A stretch of DNA of 64,000 nt from Octopus vulgaris (GCA_951406725.2 OX597835.1:3100001-3164000), one strand, 5' to 3'. Positions 41,611 through 55,507 are shown, numbered from the stretch's first letter. Numbers and translations are program-made. Notes: generated from the letters alone by a model not told the origin.

Positions 41611-42068
41611 GTTGTATAGGTAGTGGAGATAGTGTTGGCGATGGTGGTGCTATTCGTCGTCGTCGTCGTCATCGCTGTCGTTGTTGGTGTTGGTCAGTTC
41701 TGTAGTTGAGTTGATCTATGATGAAAGACACTCTAGTCGTGACCACCACAACTTTTCTGTAACCGAACACAGTGATTCTAGCACAAAATTATCCCACTTA
41801 TTATTACTTTTTTACAAGGTAGGTTAGATATAATTTGAGGGAGATTCGACAGTCGTTTTTAGCAGGTGAGATGATCCTGCTGAGCAGCGATTGCCAACAT
41901 TTTCTGCACCACGGCTCGGTTGCATGTAAAATAATTTTTCCACAGATCGCGGAAACAGACACATAACAAGGCACAATAAAAGAGCATAATATAAAATTAA
42001 ATTTTTACATATATAATATAATAAAACAGAGTTTATGTGTGTGTGTGTGTTTGTGCGTATGCGTGCGC

Positions 42069-42105
<37 letters not shown>

Positions 42106-42519
42106 GTCTGTTCCTTAAGGATTCCAAAACTGAGTTGACGATTTTGACGTATGAGTTATCAAAATATTCAGTAATCTTTCGGCTACCGAATAAAGTGTTT
42201 TTTTGCACAACTCTTTTTCACTATAAAAATAACCTCGAAAACGAGGTCGGGGCGCACAATTTTGAGGGCTTTAGCTAAGGGGGCTAACTCTGCCAGAACA
42301 ATTTAAAAATACATGGAGTTTTACCAGGGAGTGAAACTTCGAAGATATACGGTCAAATTTATTAGTATTATATATTAGATACTCTTTTAATGTGAAATAT
42401 GTTTGTCTATGTTTTGTTTAACCCGGAGTTGCCTCTGATGTAGCAGACCCATCGCATAGTTATTTTTCTTTTCTTTCTGAAATACTGTAAATTTGTCTTT
42501 TTTTTCTTTTCTGTGTCTT

Positions 42520-42655
42520 TCTGTGATTCGGTGAAAGAGCCCGATAGAATAAGTATCAGGCTTAACAAAAATAATTGTTGGGCTCGATTTGTTCGACTAG
42601 AATTCTTCAATGCGGTGCCGTAGCATGGCCACAGACTGAAACAAGTAATGCAAAA
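42520..42655 (+). mobile_element. SINE family A-like 3' fragment
   Basis: CGATAGAATAAGTATCAGGCTT...GCATGGCCACAGACTGAAACAAGT, reverse complement of the family A tail. Confidence 0.6.
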
Positions 42656-43194
42656 ACAGCCAGCAGACTGCGACAGTTCATAAAACAGAAATAAAATTTT
42701 AAATTTCATTCTCTCCGTGCGGCCCGCGGGTTGGATTGGAGGTGCTGTAGAGGATTCTTCGCTCTTTCCGTGTAGAACGGTATTTAGTCAGGTCAGTTTA
42801 CCGTTCTGATTATCACCATACAGTGAATTCAGTATACTCGGCTATAGACTCGGATGAAGACGGTACCACGGCATGGCCAGAATTCAGTAATTGAAACCAA
42901 TCACAGAATACAAGAATTGTTGAATATAAGAAGAAAATATAGAATGAGAGCCCGATACTGATCGTTAATAGCCACAAAGATATATTGTGTGTAAACAGAT
43001 CGTTATATCGGAGGCGCTTTTTCAATAAATGATGAATTCTTAGCTGGCGTCAATACGATATTTCTGACCTCTGGGTGATTTTAGTTTTTATATGAAATAT
43101 TGAAACGAACCAAAAGACATTTTTTTTAACAGCCAAACATTTACATAAGTTTCTGGAGACTTCTGATTAAATCGATAGTTATTTTGACGGGTAG

Positions 43195-43278
<84 letters not shown>

Positions 43279-43289
43279 TGCAGGAAACG

Positions 43290-44144
43290 TTCAACGAAAC
43301 GAAAGAAGCAATGTCAGATTTTCCCGTGATGTCCTCAGCCAGATGCGCTTTTGATCAGATGTCAGAAGACAAGGCAGCCACCGAGTGAAAACTTTCATCA
43401 GACCAAGTTCATTGTGCAGAAAATTCTCAACTCTCTCGCGTTATATGCTAATAGCATTGGCTATTTGACCCTTCGTCAATCACCTATCGGCCATCAGCAG
43501 GTGTTGAACACGATCAATGTTTTCGTCGGTAGTTTTGTAGTTGCAGGGCCTCCGGACCTCAGATCATCTTCAAGACTATCCATTCCCTTCCTAAATTCAG
43601 TTACCCACTTTTGCACTGTTGATAAAGCTGGCGTATCATCCCCTGATGTAGCAGCCATGTCAGCATGAATGCTGTTGTTGTTGTTGTTAAGCAACAAGAC
43701 GGGTAAGGGTGATTAGGTGATGGTCTAGGGCTTAGGGGCGGGAGACCCCAGACCTTAGAAAAAAAAAACTTCGGTCGTCTTGTTGTAGTCGAGGACTCTT
43801 CGTTGACGCCCGACACCACTGGGAGGTGGCTCTCGAAGTCGGTGGAAATGAAGATCACCAGGTCCAAATACTTGAACGGCAGCAGGAATGCTGTTGGGGG
43901 CGGGGGCTAATCCGTTTTACTGCAGGAACTTGATAACATCCACGATGCCAAGTTTTGTCCATTTTCAAGAGAACTTGCTACAAGTTACCTTTGAAGTGTC
44001 CTTTGAACAATCAGATGTCAGTTTGCCTGGAAATAAACAACGCAGTTATTAACAAGCAGAGCTGAATTTTATCCATACAAGATTTCACATCTCTGGTATC
44101 ACTCTTTCATAGTCAGCCTATTAACCTTTCAGCCCACCCTCGTA
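43290..44144 (-). mobile_element. Mariner transposon 5' half (second family), interrupted by an insertion
   Basis: End TACGAGGGTGGGCTGAAAGG on the minus strand at 44144; IHADMAATSGDDTPALSTVQKWVTEFRKGMDSLEDDLRSGGP (HTH) and RWLPCLLT (WVPRLL-like). Confidence 0.85.
43677..43879 (-). mobile_element. ~200-bp retroposed insert with (AAC)n tail and 16-bp TSD
   Basis: TSD CAGCATGAATGCTGTT (43661-43676) / CAGCAGGAATGCTGTT (43880-43895); (GTT)n tail at the left end. Confidence 0.75.
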
Positions 44145-44244
44145 CGTTTATATGTGTCGGGTGTGTGTGGGTGTTTGTGTCTGTCTGTCTGTCTGTGTTT
44201 GTGTGTGCGCGCCTGTGTATAATAGATATATTTGTATCTCTTTT

Positions 44245-44650
44245 TTTTTACGTGTTTCAGTTTTGTGACTGAAGCACCGTTGGAGCACCGAATTTAGTTG
44301 AGCGCATCGACCCCAGGACTTATTCTTTGTAAGCCTAGTACTTATTCTATCGGGCTCTTTTGCCGAGCCGCTAAGTCACGGGGACGTAAACACACCAGCA
44401 TCGGTTGTCAAGCGATGTTTGGGGGACAAATACGGAAACAAACATACATACACACATACATATATAAATATATATATACATATATACGTCGGGCTTCTTT
44501 CAGTTTCCGACTACCAAATCAACTCACAAGACTTTGGTCGGTCCGAGGCTATAGTAGAAGAAACTCGCCTAAGGTTCCACGTAGTGGGACTGAACCCGGA
44601 ACCATGTGGTTCGTAAGCAAGCTACTTACCACACAGCCACTCTTACGCCT
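44245..44650 (-). mobile_element. SINE family A, full length
   Basis: Homologous to 10075-10500. Confidence 0.85.
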
Positions 44651-45324
44651 ATATGCATATAAAATGTACGAGTGTGTATAACACTATCTCCTCGAGTAGT
44701 CGTGGAATAATATAATCTTAGACGTTGCCTAAAAAATGAGGTGGTCAAGGCTGGAGTGACAGCTCATAGACATCCCAGCCATTTGAAATTTTTCGTATGT
44801 GATGTTGTAATCCCATTTGGTTTTCATAAAAGATTGATAAAAATACATGTCGCGTAGTTCTAATTTTATGTGGATGTTTAAATTTTTAAAGAAATTTAAT
44901 GAAATGCTAACTAAATCATTCTGAAACAGAAAAGTGAAAACGAATGATAAAGGAATGAAGCAGAATGGTGATTCTGGCTCCACAACCGTCTTTGATGGTG
45001 TTTATAGAAATAGCAATTTCTCTTGCTTATGGCTGCAGTCTGAATCAGTGTCATGTGAAAAGGAAGATGCAGAAAGTAGAGCCAACCTCTAAATTGGTTG
45101 AAACGAGAGAAAATAGGAAAGTAGTAGTAAAGGTTATTGAATGACTGAATAATATATAGCTTTCAATGAAATTTGCATAGAATTAATATTATAAACCCTC
45201 CAGCTACAGTTGTAGTGTTCAGACGCTCTTAATGTTCAAGTACTTTTAAGACGTCAGTTTGTTGCTAATATGAAATTTTCCTGAATCCTAAAGAAATGGC
45301 TCCAGAATGGGAAAGATCAATAAT

Positions 45325-45530
45325 AGTTTCAAATGTTGACACGAGGCCATCAATTCTGAGGGCGAGGGAAAGTCGATTATCTCGACCCCAGTGTTCAAAG
45401 GGTACTTATTTTATCGACCCCGAAGAGATGAAAAGCAAAGTCGATCTCGGTAGAAATTGAACTTAGAACGTAAAGGCGGATGAGATATCGCTAAGTATTT
45501 TATCCGGCGTCCAACGATTCCCAAGCTCAC
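45325..45530 (-). mobile_element. SINE family B
   Basis: TTTATCGACCCCGAAGAGATGAAAAGCAAAGTCGA...GAACTTAGAACG. Confidence 0.8.
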
Positions 45531-45776
45531 TGTTTGGGAAAGGTAAATAACGAATGAAACAACACGTAGCGTATTGAATTAAAGGAAAAATACTCTTGGA
45601 AAGTGCACTGTGTTTTCATTGGTGCCTGATTTGGTTTTCCGTGTTATTATTGTTGTCAGTCTTCGAAAAAAAAAAAAAAAAAAGAAATGTAATGCTCGCT
45701 TTCTTCCTCTCTTTTGATGTCGCCTGGTCAGAAGGTCGAGGTACGTAGCATTTGATAAATCTATTTTAATGGAGAG

Positions 45777-45840
45777 TTGCGCTGATGAAAGATATGAAAT
45801 ATATATTCATTATATTTCTAATCTAGAAACATGTTCGCAA
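45777..45840 (+). ncRNA. Type-I hammerhead ribozyme, complete core, palindromic stem III
   Basis: UUGCG-CUGAUGA-A-AGAU-AU-GAAAUAUA(UAUUCAU)UAUAUUUC-UA-AUCU-A-GAAA-CAUG-UU-CGCAA; 5-bp stem I; ACAUGU palindrome; GUU triplet. Confidence 0.85.
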
Positions 45841-46006
45841 ATGACCGTTAGACTTTGTTTTCGTTATTTATTCCTTCTGTTTTGCATATGAGAATTACAG
45901 GGATATGTCGTATGTGGAGTCCCATTTGTAGAAAATAGAAATAAACAGTCTATGACTGCTATTTCTAATTTTTTCGGTATGCGGCCAAGCAACCTGTTGC
46001 CTTTTA

Positions 46007-46167
<161 letters not shown>

Positions 46168-46770
46168 CTCTGGAAACCCTGTGGACTCTCTAGAAAAGAC
46201 ATAAAATTGCCCATTGTGAATATTGCTTTTGGTAAATATAAAGCAATCTTCTCAACATGTTTTCCCTTGTTGATTATCAATTGTCATTGCCATTATTAAT
46301 TTGTAAGAAATTGTTGTCTAATCAATGTAAATGGTAACTATTCACTGATTGAAGAAAAGGTGACTCGTGGAATAAACATAGTTTTTCTGTGATGTGTGGC
46401 CTTCTGTCATAATTTTTACCTTAATGAGTATTACTTAAATATTTTGAATAATTTAGTTATTCAAATATTTTGAATAACTAAATTTGTCTGGTTACACATG
46501 CCATTAGCTTAGTCAAATTGGACGTAGGAGGATAATTATGGCATTAGTGTATCATTTCAATATGTATAATGGGAAATGTGAAACAGTTTAAGTACTCTGT
46601 AGTGAATTCTGAAGAATTGTCCCGATGTGAACATTGATCATGACGAAGCGGAACATTCTCTTTATCCTGAAATAATTTATTAGTTTTCAGTGAAGTCAAC
46701 ATCAATATTTTTTGATGTTTAAACAGCAAGTTTTGATTGTTTTTCTGGCTTTACAGTGATATTCCTATAG
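46168..46770 (-). pseudogene. Helitron (Pif1-like SF1 helicase) C-terminal fragment, heavily degenerate
   Basis: Across frames: SKNIDVD...EFTTEYLN...NAIIILLR/ANGMCNQTNLVIQ...MFIPRVTFSS..LPFTLIRQQF...AMTI...GKHVEKIALYLPKAIF/NGQFYVFSR. These match the ordered motifs IMLLRN..GLCNGTRL, FIPRI, LPF..RRQFP, AMTINKSQG, GLYLP.PVF.HGQLYVALSR. Confidence 0.85.
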
Positions 46771-46774
46771 AATA

Positions 46775-47130
46775 AATTCTTTTCTGCTCTAGGCACAAGG
46801 CCAGAAATTTTGGGGGAGGGGGCCAGTTGGTTAGATCGACCCCAGTAAGCAACTGGTACTTAATTTATCGATTCCGAAAGGATGAAAGGCAAAGTTGACC
46901 TCGGCGGAATTTGAACTCAGAATCTAAAGACAGACGAAATACCTATTTCTTTGCTATCCTCAAGACGCTAAACACAGAGAGGTACAAACAAGGACAGACA
47001 AACGGATTAAGTCGATTATATCGACCTCAGTGCGTAACTGGTACTTATTTAATCGACCCCGAAAGAATGAAAGGCAAAGTCGACCTCGGCGGAATTTGAA
47101 CTCAGAACGTAACGGCTAAGTGTTTCGCCT
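46775..47130 (-). mobile_element. SINE family B with tandem body duplication
   Basis: Two body units joined by AAAGACAGACGAAATACCTATTTCTT. Confidence 0.85.
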
Positions 47131-47133
47131 TCT

Positions 47134-47437
47134 GTGGAGGCGCAATGGCCCAGTGGTTAGGGCTGCGGGCTCGCGGTCGGAAGATCGCGGTTTCGATTCC
47201 CAGACCGGGCGTTGTGTGTGCTTATTGAGCGAAAACACTTGAAAGCTCCACGACGCTCCGGCAGGGGGTGGTGGAGACCCCTGTTGTACTCTTTCGCCAC
47301 AACTTTCTCTCGCTTTCTCTACCTGTTTCTTGTGTAACGCTGCGTTGGATGGCGTCCCGTTCAGCTGGGGAACACATATGCCACAGAAACCGGGAAACCG
47401 GGCCCATGAGCCTGACTAGGCTTGAAAAGGGCGATGT
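47134..47437 (+). mobile_element. tRNA-derived SINE family C with 11-bp TSD
   Basis: Head GGAGGCGCAATGGCCCAGTGGTTAGGG...GGTTTCGATTCC; TSD TTTCGCCTTCT at 47123-47133 and 47438-47448. Confidence 0.88.
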
Positions 47438-47901
47438 TTTCGCCTTCTATAAAAGAATTTCTGAGAAAATGAGGTCATAGAAATTATAACCGACGTTACA
47501 TCCCTGGGGTATAATATTTTCACTGTTTTCTACTACTACAGACCAATTTCCTACATAGAATGAATTTGTTGAACTTACTTTCTTTATTCTGATCTTCTGG
47601 ATTCTGTGCATAGGATTTTAACCACATGCTTCTTGTAAGTTGCTATATATTTTTTACATGTTTTTATTAAGAATTATTGAGACCACTGTCCACTTTCTGC
47701 ATTTTTTTTTTTTCATGTAAAAGAATTATTTTAGCCAGATACTCATTAGACTGAAATAATTTTCTAGTCATTTCAAGTTTTTAATAATATTTCATTTCTT
47801 TCTTTCTCTCTTATTAAGAAATATAGAGTAAAAGAATGACACTTCTAAATTTCTGAGATTGAAAAGATATTTTCAATAAATGTACGAGTATATAAATTTT
47901 G

Positions 47902-47992
<91 letters not shown>

Positions 47993-47997
47993 CATAT

Positions 47998-48163
47998 ATA
48001 CGACGGGATTCTTTCAGTTTCCGTCTACAAAATCCACTCACAAGGCTTTGGTCGATCCGAGGCTATAGTAGAAATACTTGCCCAAGGTACCACGCAGTGG
48101 GACTGAACCCGGATCCATGTGGTTGGTAAGCAAGCTACTTACCACACAGTCAGTCCTACACCT
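47998..48163 (-). mobile_element. SINE family A, 5' part
   Basis: Homologous to 10336-10500. Confidence 0.85.
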
Positions 48164-48489
48164 TTGATTAATAAATTTTATTGGTCTTTTCTTTGGGTTT
48201 TCTATACAAACCTTACGTATGCTAGATGCTGAGCAACTGTTTTACCACTTATCGATTGGCTCATACTATAGTGATGCGTGTGTATGTGTGTGTGTGTGTA
48301 TGTGTGTGTGTGTGTAAATGTGCATGTGTGTGTGTGTGTGTGTGTGTGTGTATGGTTGCATCGTTTTGTCGACCAAGCTATCGGTTGCTGTTCTAGGCCG
48401 CTAGTCACAATGCGCTTTCTCACATTTTGGTGCTTTCGAATGAGGCGGACAGTCCGTCACGGGTTTGCCCATTTACTGCTAGGAGGACA

Positions 48490-48606
48490 GGAAGAACTTG
48501 AAATGAAATGTTTTGCTCAAGAAAACAACGCACCTGCGAATTGAAACCACAATCTTGCGATGTTACGTGAGTGCAGCACTCTAACAACTAGTCTACACGC
48601 CTTCAC
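48490..48606 (-). mobile_element. tRNA-derived SINE family D, head
   Basis: Reverse complement resembles the 51668 and 61735 heads (TTGAGCAAAACA(C/T)TTCA). Confidence 0.6.
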
Positions 48607-48663
48607 ACACAAATATAAATATATATATATATTTGCATATATACATATATATGTGTGTGTGTT

Positions 48664-48717
<54 letters not shown>

Positions 48718-49286
48718 TGCATATGTATTTTTGTGTGTATGTGTGTATGCAACAATATACATATATGCGCATGCGTACTCCTAAATAGACAATACACATT
48801 AATTACAATACTAGAGTGAATTTACAGGCACTCAGTCAGAATATATTTCAGCCACATTACAATTCAGAGAATTATTTCGGTTCGTTTTATGTTTTCTTTT
48901 TTATCTCCTGGCCATGTTTTATAGACAACATCTTGTTTTGACGTTGCAACATAAATAATCAGGTAGAAGTTTCACCTTTTTGTTTTATATTCTTATATTT
49001 TTCACACTTATTCTGGAATCGCTTTTAGAATAATGTCTGGCTCGGGAAATGGTAATTTCTTAATGTAGTAAATGTTTGTATTCCTATTCTATTATAATTC
49101 TTTTCCCATCTAGAATGCTTAATAGGAATATTATCGCATAAGTATATATATATTTAGAAATGTGTATATATATGCATGTTATAGGAATACTATTACATTC
49201 ATGAATACATTTAGAAAGATATGTTTGTATCTATACTTTACAGGACTATTATGCACATATATACATTTGGGAGTAGCTTGTCCATA

Positions 49287-49506
49287 TGCGAGTAGGGGCC
49301 GATAAGTTCCTGGTTTTGGGTCAAAGAAAATACAGGAGGATCAGCTAATTACGATTTTATTCACCATATTTCCCTCTCAGATTCACAAACTTATTGCAGC
49401 GGTCCATCAGTTTTTCTAAACTTTGTAAAAGAACTCTGAAAGTTGGGCCTTTAACCAGGCCTTTTACGATACCCTTAAAGTCAGGAACTTTTCAGCACCC
49501 CTCGTA
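49287..49506. mobile_element. ~220-bp mariner-derived MITE
   Basis: Imperfect TIRs TGCGAGTAGGGGCCGATAAGTTCCTGGTTT / AAAGTCAGGAACTTTTCAGCACCCCTCGTA, similar to the mariner end at 44144; TA context. Confidence 0.7.
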
Positions 49507-50049
49507 TATTTCTACATTTAGAAATTTACATGTCTGTATGTGTATTTGATTGGTACTCCTTTTTTCTTAATTTTAGTTTTTCATTCACACTTAAGATGCT
49601 TTGGAGGAATACGAAACCAATTCCAGCATTTGACCAATACTCGTACTCTCCTAACCAATTATAGAAAAAAGAAGGATTGTGTTTCCGATGATCATATTGT
49701 CCACGGACAGCGGGCAGTGAGAGCCTGGGAAAATTCCACGTGCCAAACGCTCAATCTTGGGTCTGCATTTGACTAGGACTGCATTTTGGCCAACGAGACG
49801 AATTGCAGAAAGAGGTATGACACTAACGATGACCACACCTCTTTACTATCATCTTTATCCAAAGATGTGTCAGCCTAATCGCGTGCCGATAAATCATCCG
49901 CCAGGGCATACTCAAACTATTTCCTCATGCAATTAAAGTTATCATCAGATGGGTCTCCTGACTCACAGAAGTTGTCTTTTCCACAAAAGAGTTCGATCAC
50001 GTGACCAGAAACGGTTAGTTGGTTCTTTTCTTCTTTTTTTTTTTACGAT

Positions 50050-50575
50050 GGTCAAGCGGCAGTACACCATGGAGATGATGCTGCTTCCGTCTGCCAAATC
50101 TTTCTAGGACAGCTTTCTCTCAACCCATTTCTGATTATTACTAGCCATTCTTGTCATTTCTTTCAAGTTTTTATCTACCTAGTGGTCTCAGCTGAAGCAA
50201 GCTCGAGCATTTAACTGGTCCCTGGTCAGAAGCCACCGTTCCCCAAAGATCGTCTCTGTAGGTGCCGAGTTGCAAGCCCACCAATTTCTCTTGGTTGTTG
50301 CATTTTCTCTTTAGTTCTTGGTACTTTTACAGAATGATGCCAACCAACTCAACTGATGTTTTTTCCAGCTAATACAGATAATCGTCTTCCAATAGTTAGT
50401 CATTAGGTTTGGCTGCCGAAAAGATGCCGTTGTACATTGCAGTGATCCAGTTCCTAAAGATGCGATTGAAACCAGATACCCCGAGGCAGCTGAGTGACGG
50501 TCAAATCAGTTGAAAGTTTAAGATTGATTTAAACTGACCAGATCCCCGCCTCGCACAAATTACAACTAGTGACCA
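50050..50575 (-). pseudogene. L1/Tx1-clade reverse transcriptase fragment, internally deleted
   Basis: LVSLNQS*TFN (LDQ.KAFD-like), SGFNRIFRNWITAMYNGI, NQEKLVGLQLG, QKWVERKLS*KD (W..R.LSLKGR-like), ISMVYCRLT. Confidence 0.72.
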
Positions 50576-50587
50576 TCTCTCTCTCTA

Positions 50588-50620
<33 letters not shown>

Positions 50621-51371
50621 CTAACTCGAACATGCAACCTTTGTGATTTGTGTCGAGAAAGCGGTCAGTGGCTATTCCGTCTCAAAGCACTTTATAAGCG
50701 ATGACTCTCCTGTTCACCTCTTCCAATCGGCTGACCAGCTCCTTCTATATTTTACTATTTTCTATAGCAATGTCTTTACTAAATCTGACCAAATTAATGT
50801 AGCGAAAGAAGTCAATTTTATATATTCAATGGTAAGAAATATCTCATTGATATGGAAATTATATTCCTCTGGAGATTTCGATTCATTTCCATTAATATTT
50901 ATATTTAGGTAGGTGTATATTTAATAACTCTGATGGCTGTCTCACTTGGTGGAATGACAACGGCTGTAGTGACAGCTTTATCAGGATCTATCTAACACCT
51001 TCATAAATCTATTTCTGCTTGTAGTTTTACGGTAATTCTATACAACATACACACGTAATTTATCGTTTACTTATTTAAAAAAATACTTTTTGAAAGGAGA
51101 GGAATATATTGAATTTAAAAATTTTTTTAAACTTATATGATTTTAGTCAGAATAAAGTATATGGCCATGGAGGGAACGCCTACACAAGAGAAATCGATGT
51201 GGTCGTTGCTCAGTTTACATAGCCGATACATCATGATGGAAAATCTTTGTTTCACCCAGAAAAAAAAGGAAACGATGTCCTTAAAAAAAATTCAATCATG
51301 AAAATATAAAATGTTAAATCGGCTTAAGTGATGTGCGTATAGATATATATGCAAACATGTATACGTATATA

Positions 51372-51562
51372 TAGTTAATCCAAACAAGAAAGCACACAAA
51401 AAAGTAACACAACAACGCGAGGACGTGGAACAAATATAGTATTATTGGACGCTCAGGAAAGAAGGAAAGGGAGGGTTTAACGTTTCGAGCGGAGCTCTTC
51501 GTCGGAAACATAGGAGAAGGAAAGATCCAGAGAAGGGAAGACAGAGGAAAAAAATCGCCAAA
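51372..51562 (-). mobile_element. Family-H element with minimal HHR at 51475-51509
   Basis: GUUU-CCGACGA-A-GAGC(UCC)GCUC-GAAA-CG-UU-AAAC on the minus strand; close to 59305-59515. Confidence 0.8.
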
Positions 51563-51667
51563 TACATGTGTGTGCGTGTGTGTGTGTGTGCGTGTATGTG
51601 TTTGAGTGTGTGTGTATATGAATGTATGTATATATGAATGTATGTATACATGCATGTATATATGTGT

Positions 51668-51915
51668 GGAGGTACATGGTCTAGTGGTTAAATGTGTTGC
51701 ACTCACAGCCATGCAGCCCTGGTTTCAATTCCTAGACTGGGCGGTGCATTGTGTTTTTGAGCAAAACACTTCATCTCACGTTGCACCGCGATCACTTCGA
51801 CACCTGCCTTGCACCAATAGAGGCAATATCGATTTAATAAAATGGGTGAACTAATGTACAGCACAAACATTTGATCACCAGAAACAAAGCAACCGTGCAA
51901 GTTGTTCAGTAGGAA
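51668..51915 (+). mobile_element. tRNA-derived SINE family D
   Basis: GGAGGTACATGGTCTAGTGGTTAA...GGTTTCAATTCC; homologous to 61735-62030. Confidence 0.75.
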
Positions 51916-51922
51916 ATTGCTG

Positions 51923-52131
51923 CGAGCTGGCAGAATCGTTAGCAACGCCAGGCGAAATGTTTAGAGGCATTTCGTCTGCCGTTACGTTCCGAGTTCAAAT
52001 TCCGCCGAGTTCGACTTTGCCTTTCATCCTTTCGGGATTGATAAATTAAGTACCAGTTACGCACTGGGGATCGATGTAATCGACCTAATCCCTTTGTCTG
52101 TCCTTGTTTGTTTCCTTTGTGTTTAGCTCCT
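51923..52131 (+). mobile_element. SINE family B
   Basis: GCGAGCTGGCAGAATCGTTAGC...GAGTTCAAATTCCGCCG. Confidence 0.88.
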
Positions 52132-52132
52132 T

Positions 52133-52618
52133 CGACCCCGAAAGGATGAAAGGCAAAGTCGACCTCGGCGGAATTTGAACTCAGAACCTAAAGACAGACG
52201 AAATACCTATTTCTTTACTACCCACAACGGGCTAGACACAGAAGGGACAAACAAGGACAGACAAAGGGATTAAGTCGATTATATCGACCCCAGTGCGTAA
52301 CTGGTACTTATCTAATCGACGCCGAAAGGATGAAAGACAAAGTCGACCTCGGCGGAATTTGAACTCAGAACCTAAAGACAGACGAAATACCTATTTCTTT
52401 ACTACCCACAACGGGCTAGACACAGAAGGGACAAACAAGGACAGACAAAGGGATTAAGTCGATTATATCGACCCCAGTGCGTAACTGGTACTTATCTAAT
52501 CGACGCCGAAAGGATGAAAGACAAAGTCGACCTCGGCGGAATTTGAACTCACAACGTAACGGCAGACGAAATACCGCTAAGCATTTCGCCCGGCGTGCTA
52601 ACGTTTCTGCCAGCTCGC
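52133..52618 (-). mobile_element. SINE family B with 184-bp tandem body repeats
   Basis: Units start at 52133, 52317 and 52501, nearly identical; head at ~52560-52618. Confidence 0.9.
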
Positions 52619-52967
52619 TTGTTCACAGCAGGTTTCCTCTCGTACTTGACAAGGGGATAAACAAAACACCCTAAATCTGGAATGAGACAAGAAATTTTCC
52701 GAGCACTTCGTCGCTGTTGATTATTGATGATGACAACATTAGCTTAGCTTAAGGAAATCTAACATAGTTTGGTTGTGTGTTAATTTGGTATTTAATGGCA
52801 TCAGACACTTTTGTTTTATGCCATGATGTCATGATGACTTTGCATGATACAAGAGAGAGAGGGGGAGGGAGAGAAAGAGAGGGAGATAGAAAGAGAGACA
52901 CAGACAGACAGACAGAAAGTAAGACACACAGAAGACAGACATAGAGACAGACGGATAGGTAGTTAGT

Positions 52968-53076
<109 letters not shown>

Positions 53077-53879
53077 GTGTAAATAGACAGAAAGAGAGTG
53101 GTAGAGAAACTCACAGATAGATAGATGGGGGGATATAATTAGATTAAACTAGATAGCCCGATCAAAATCAGATTAGATAAAATCAGAATGGATTAGGTAG
53201 AGAAACATATAACTTAATATAGATATTACATGTTATAATATGATCATACTTTCACGTCGTACTGTATTATACTGTATGTATGCGATTGCATGATATTCAT
53301 ACGGTATTGTTTGAAATAGCATTACTGCGGAAACGGATCTAGAAATCTTCAAATTAACCACCTTGCATGTGAAATGATAAAGAGTTAAGTAGTAGATTTT
53401 GTCATTAACCGTTGAAACTGTGCAGTCAGGATAAGATTTAAAGCGGATAAGTTCCAGAAATTAATGTTCGTAATATTACATGAGGTCGGCAACGATTTCG
53501 CTGGTAAGACGCGTAAGTGATATTATAGTAGCAATAATGTAGTTTATGGGATATAAGTGGTTTATTTGACGAGTGGATGTTGCTGGGCGAATGGTCATTT
53601 GCGATGTGTGCGCTTCGACGCGGATGAATTTGAGAGTGAGAGTGTGTGTGTGTGTGTTTCTGTGTGTGAGTGTGTTTGTCTGTATGTGTGTATGTGTCTG
53701 TATGTATGTGTGTATGTGTTTGTATGTATGTGTGTATGCGGGCGTGTTTGTATGTCATTTCGATCTCCTTGCGAAAGTATTTACATTGGCATGCACGCAT
53801 CAATCCATATTTTCTTCTATTCCTATGTGTGTAGATTAATAGACAGATAGATAATCTGTCTACTCTATCAGATTACCAC

Positions 53880-53925
<46 letters not shown>

Positions 53926-53952
53926 TTCATTGAACTATCTATATGTTCATTC

Positions 53953-54001
<49 letters not shown>

Positions 54002-54182
54002 TATGCGTACGTATATATGTGTACATATGCATATATATATATATGTGTGTGTGTGTGTATTATTTATACATTTAGATAGATAGACAGACAGACAGATAGA
54101 TGCATACATATATGTATATATAGGTATGTATTATGTATGTGTATAATGTATGCATGTATGTATGTATGTATGTATGACATTA

Positions 54183-54330
54183 AACCGCATCCGATGGTGA
54201 GGCTCCAGCTGGGGAGTTCTAGAATCGTGGGGGGGATAGGCTTACTTCTCAAATACCATTGCTCCCCAGGTCGGTTCTGAGCCAGAAGAGTTGTATCTGT
54301 CAGGCTCCCGTTTAAGGGTTAATTTGATTT
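54183..54330 (+). mobile_element. Probable old SINE body fragment
   Basis: CATCCGATGGTGAGGCTCCAG...CCATTGCTCCCCAGGTC resembles a cephalopod SINE core from memory; single copy here. Confidence 0.35.
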
Positions 54331-54429
54331 CTTAGAAGCAGAGGAGACTTCCGTTATTCGTGACAAAGCTCGGGGGGGGGATCAGCTCTTCTCGGAGAAA
54401 TATGCATACACATATATACCTATATGTGT

Positions 54430-55270
<841 letters not shown>

Positions 55271-55507
55271 TTCTTCTTCTTCCCTCTCTATACAACTCCT
55301 ACGTGCATTGACGCAATCACCAGTGAAGCAACTGACTCTCCGGACATAAAATCTCCAAGGAGGAGTGACCGTCTCTCCTAATAGTGGCTGTATTGGACCT
55401 TATTTATATAATTACATTACATTGTGACATTGCACCGAGAAATTCTCATCCAGTAATTGAACGCCATCATTAAATTCACATTAAATTCACATCGTTGAAC
55501 CTTATTG

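Noticed and set aside
47134-47210. tRNA gene
   Set aside because: The tRNA-like head continues into a SINE body with a TSD and has a second copy; same for the other SINE heads.
49600-50010. Possible RNase H remnant (KVIIRWVS)
   Set aside because: Only one weak motif.
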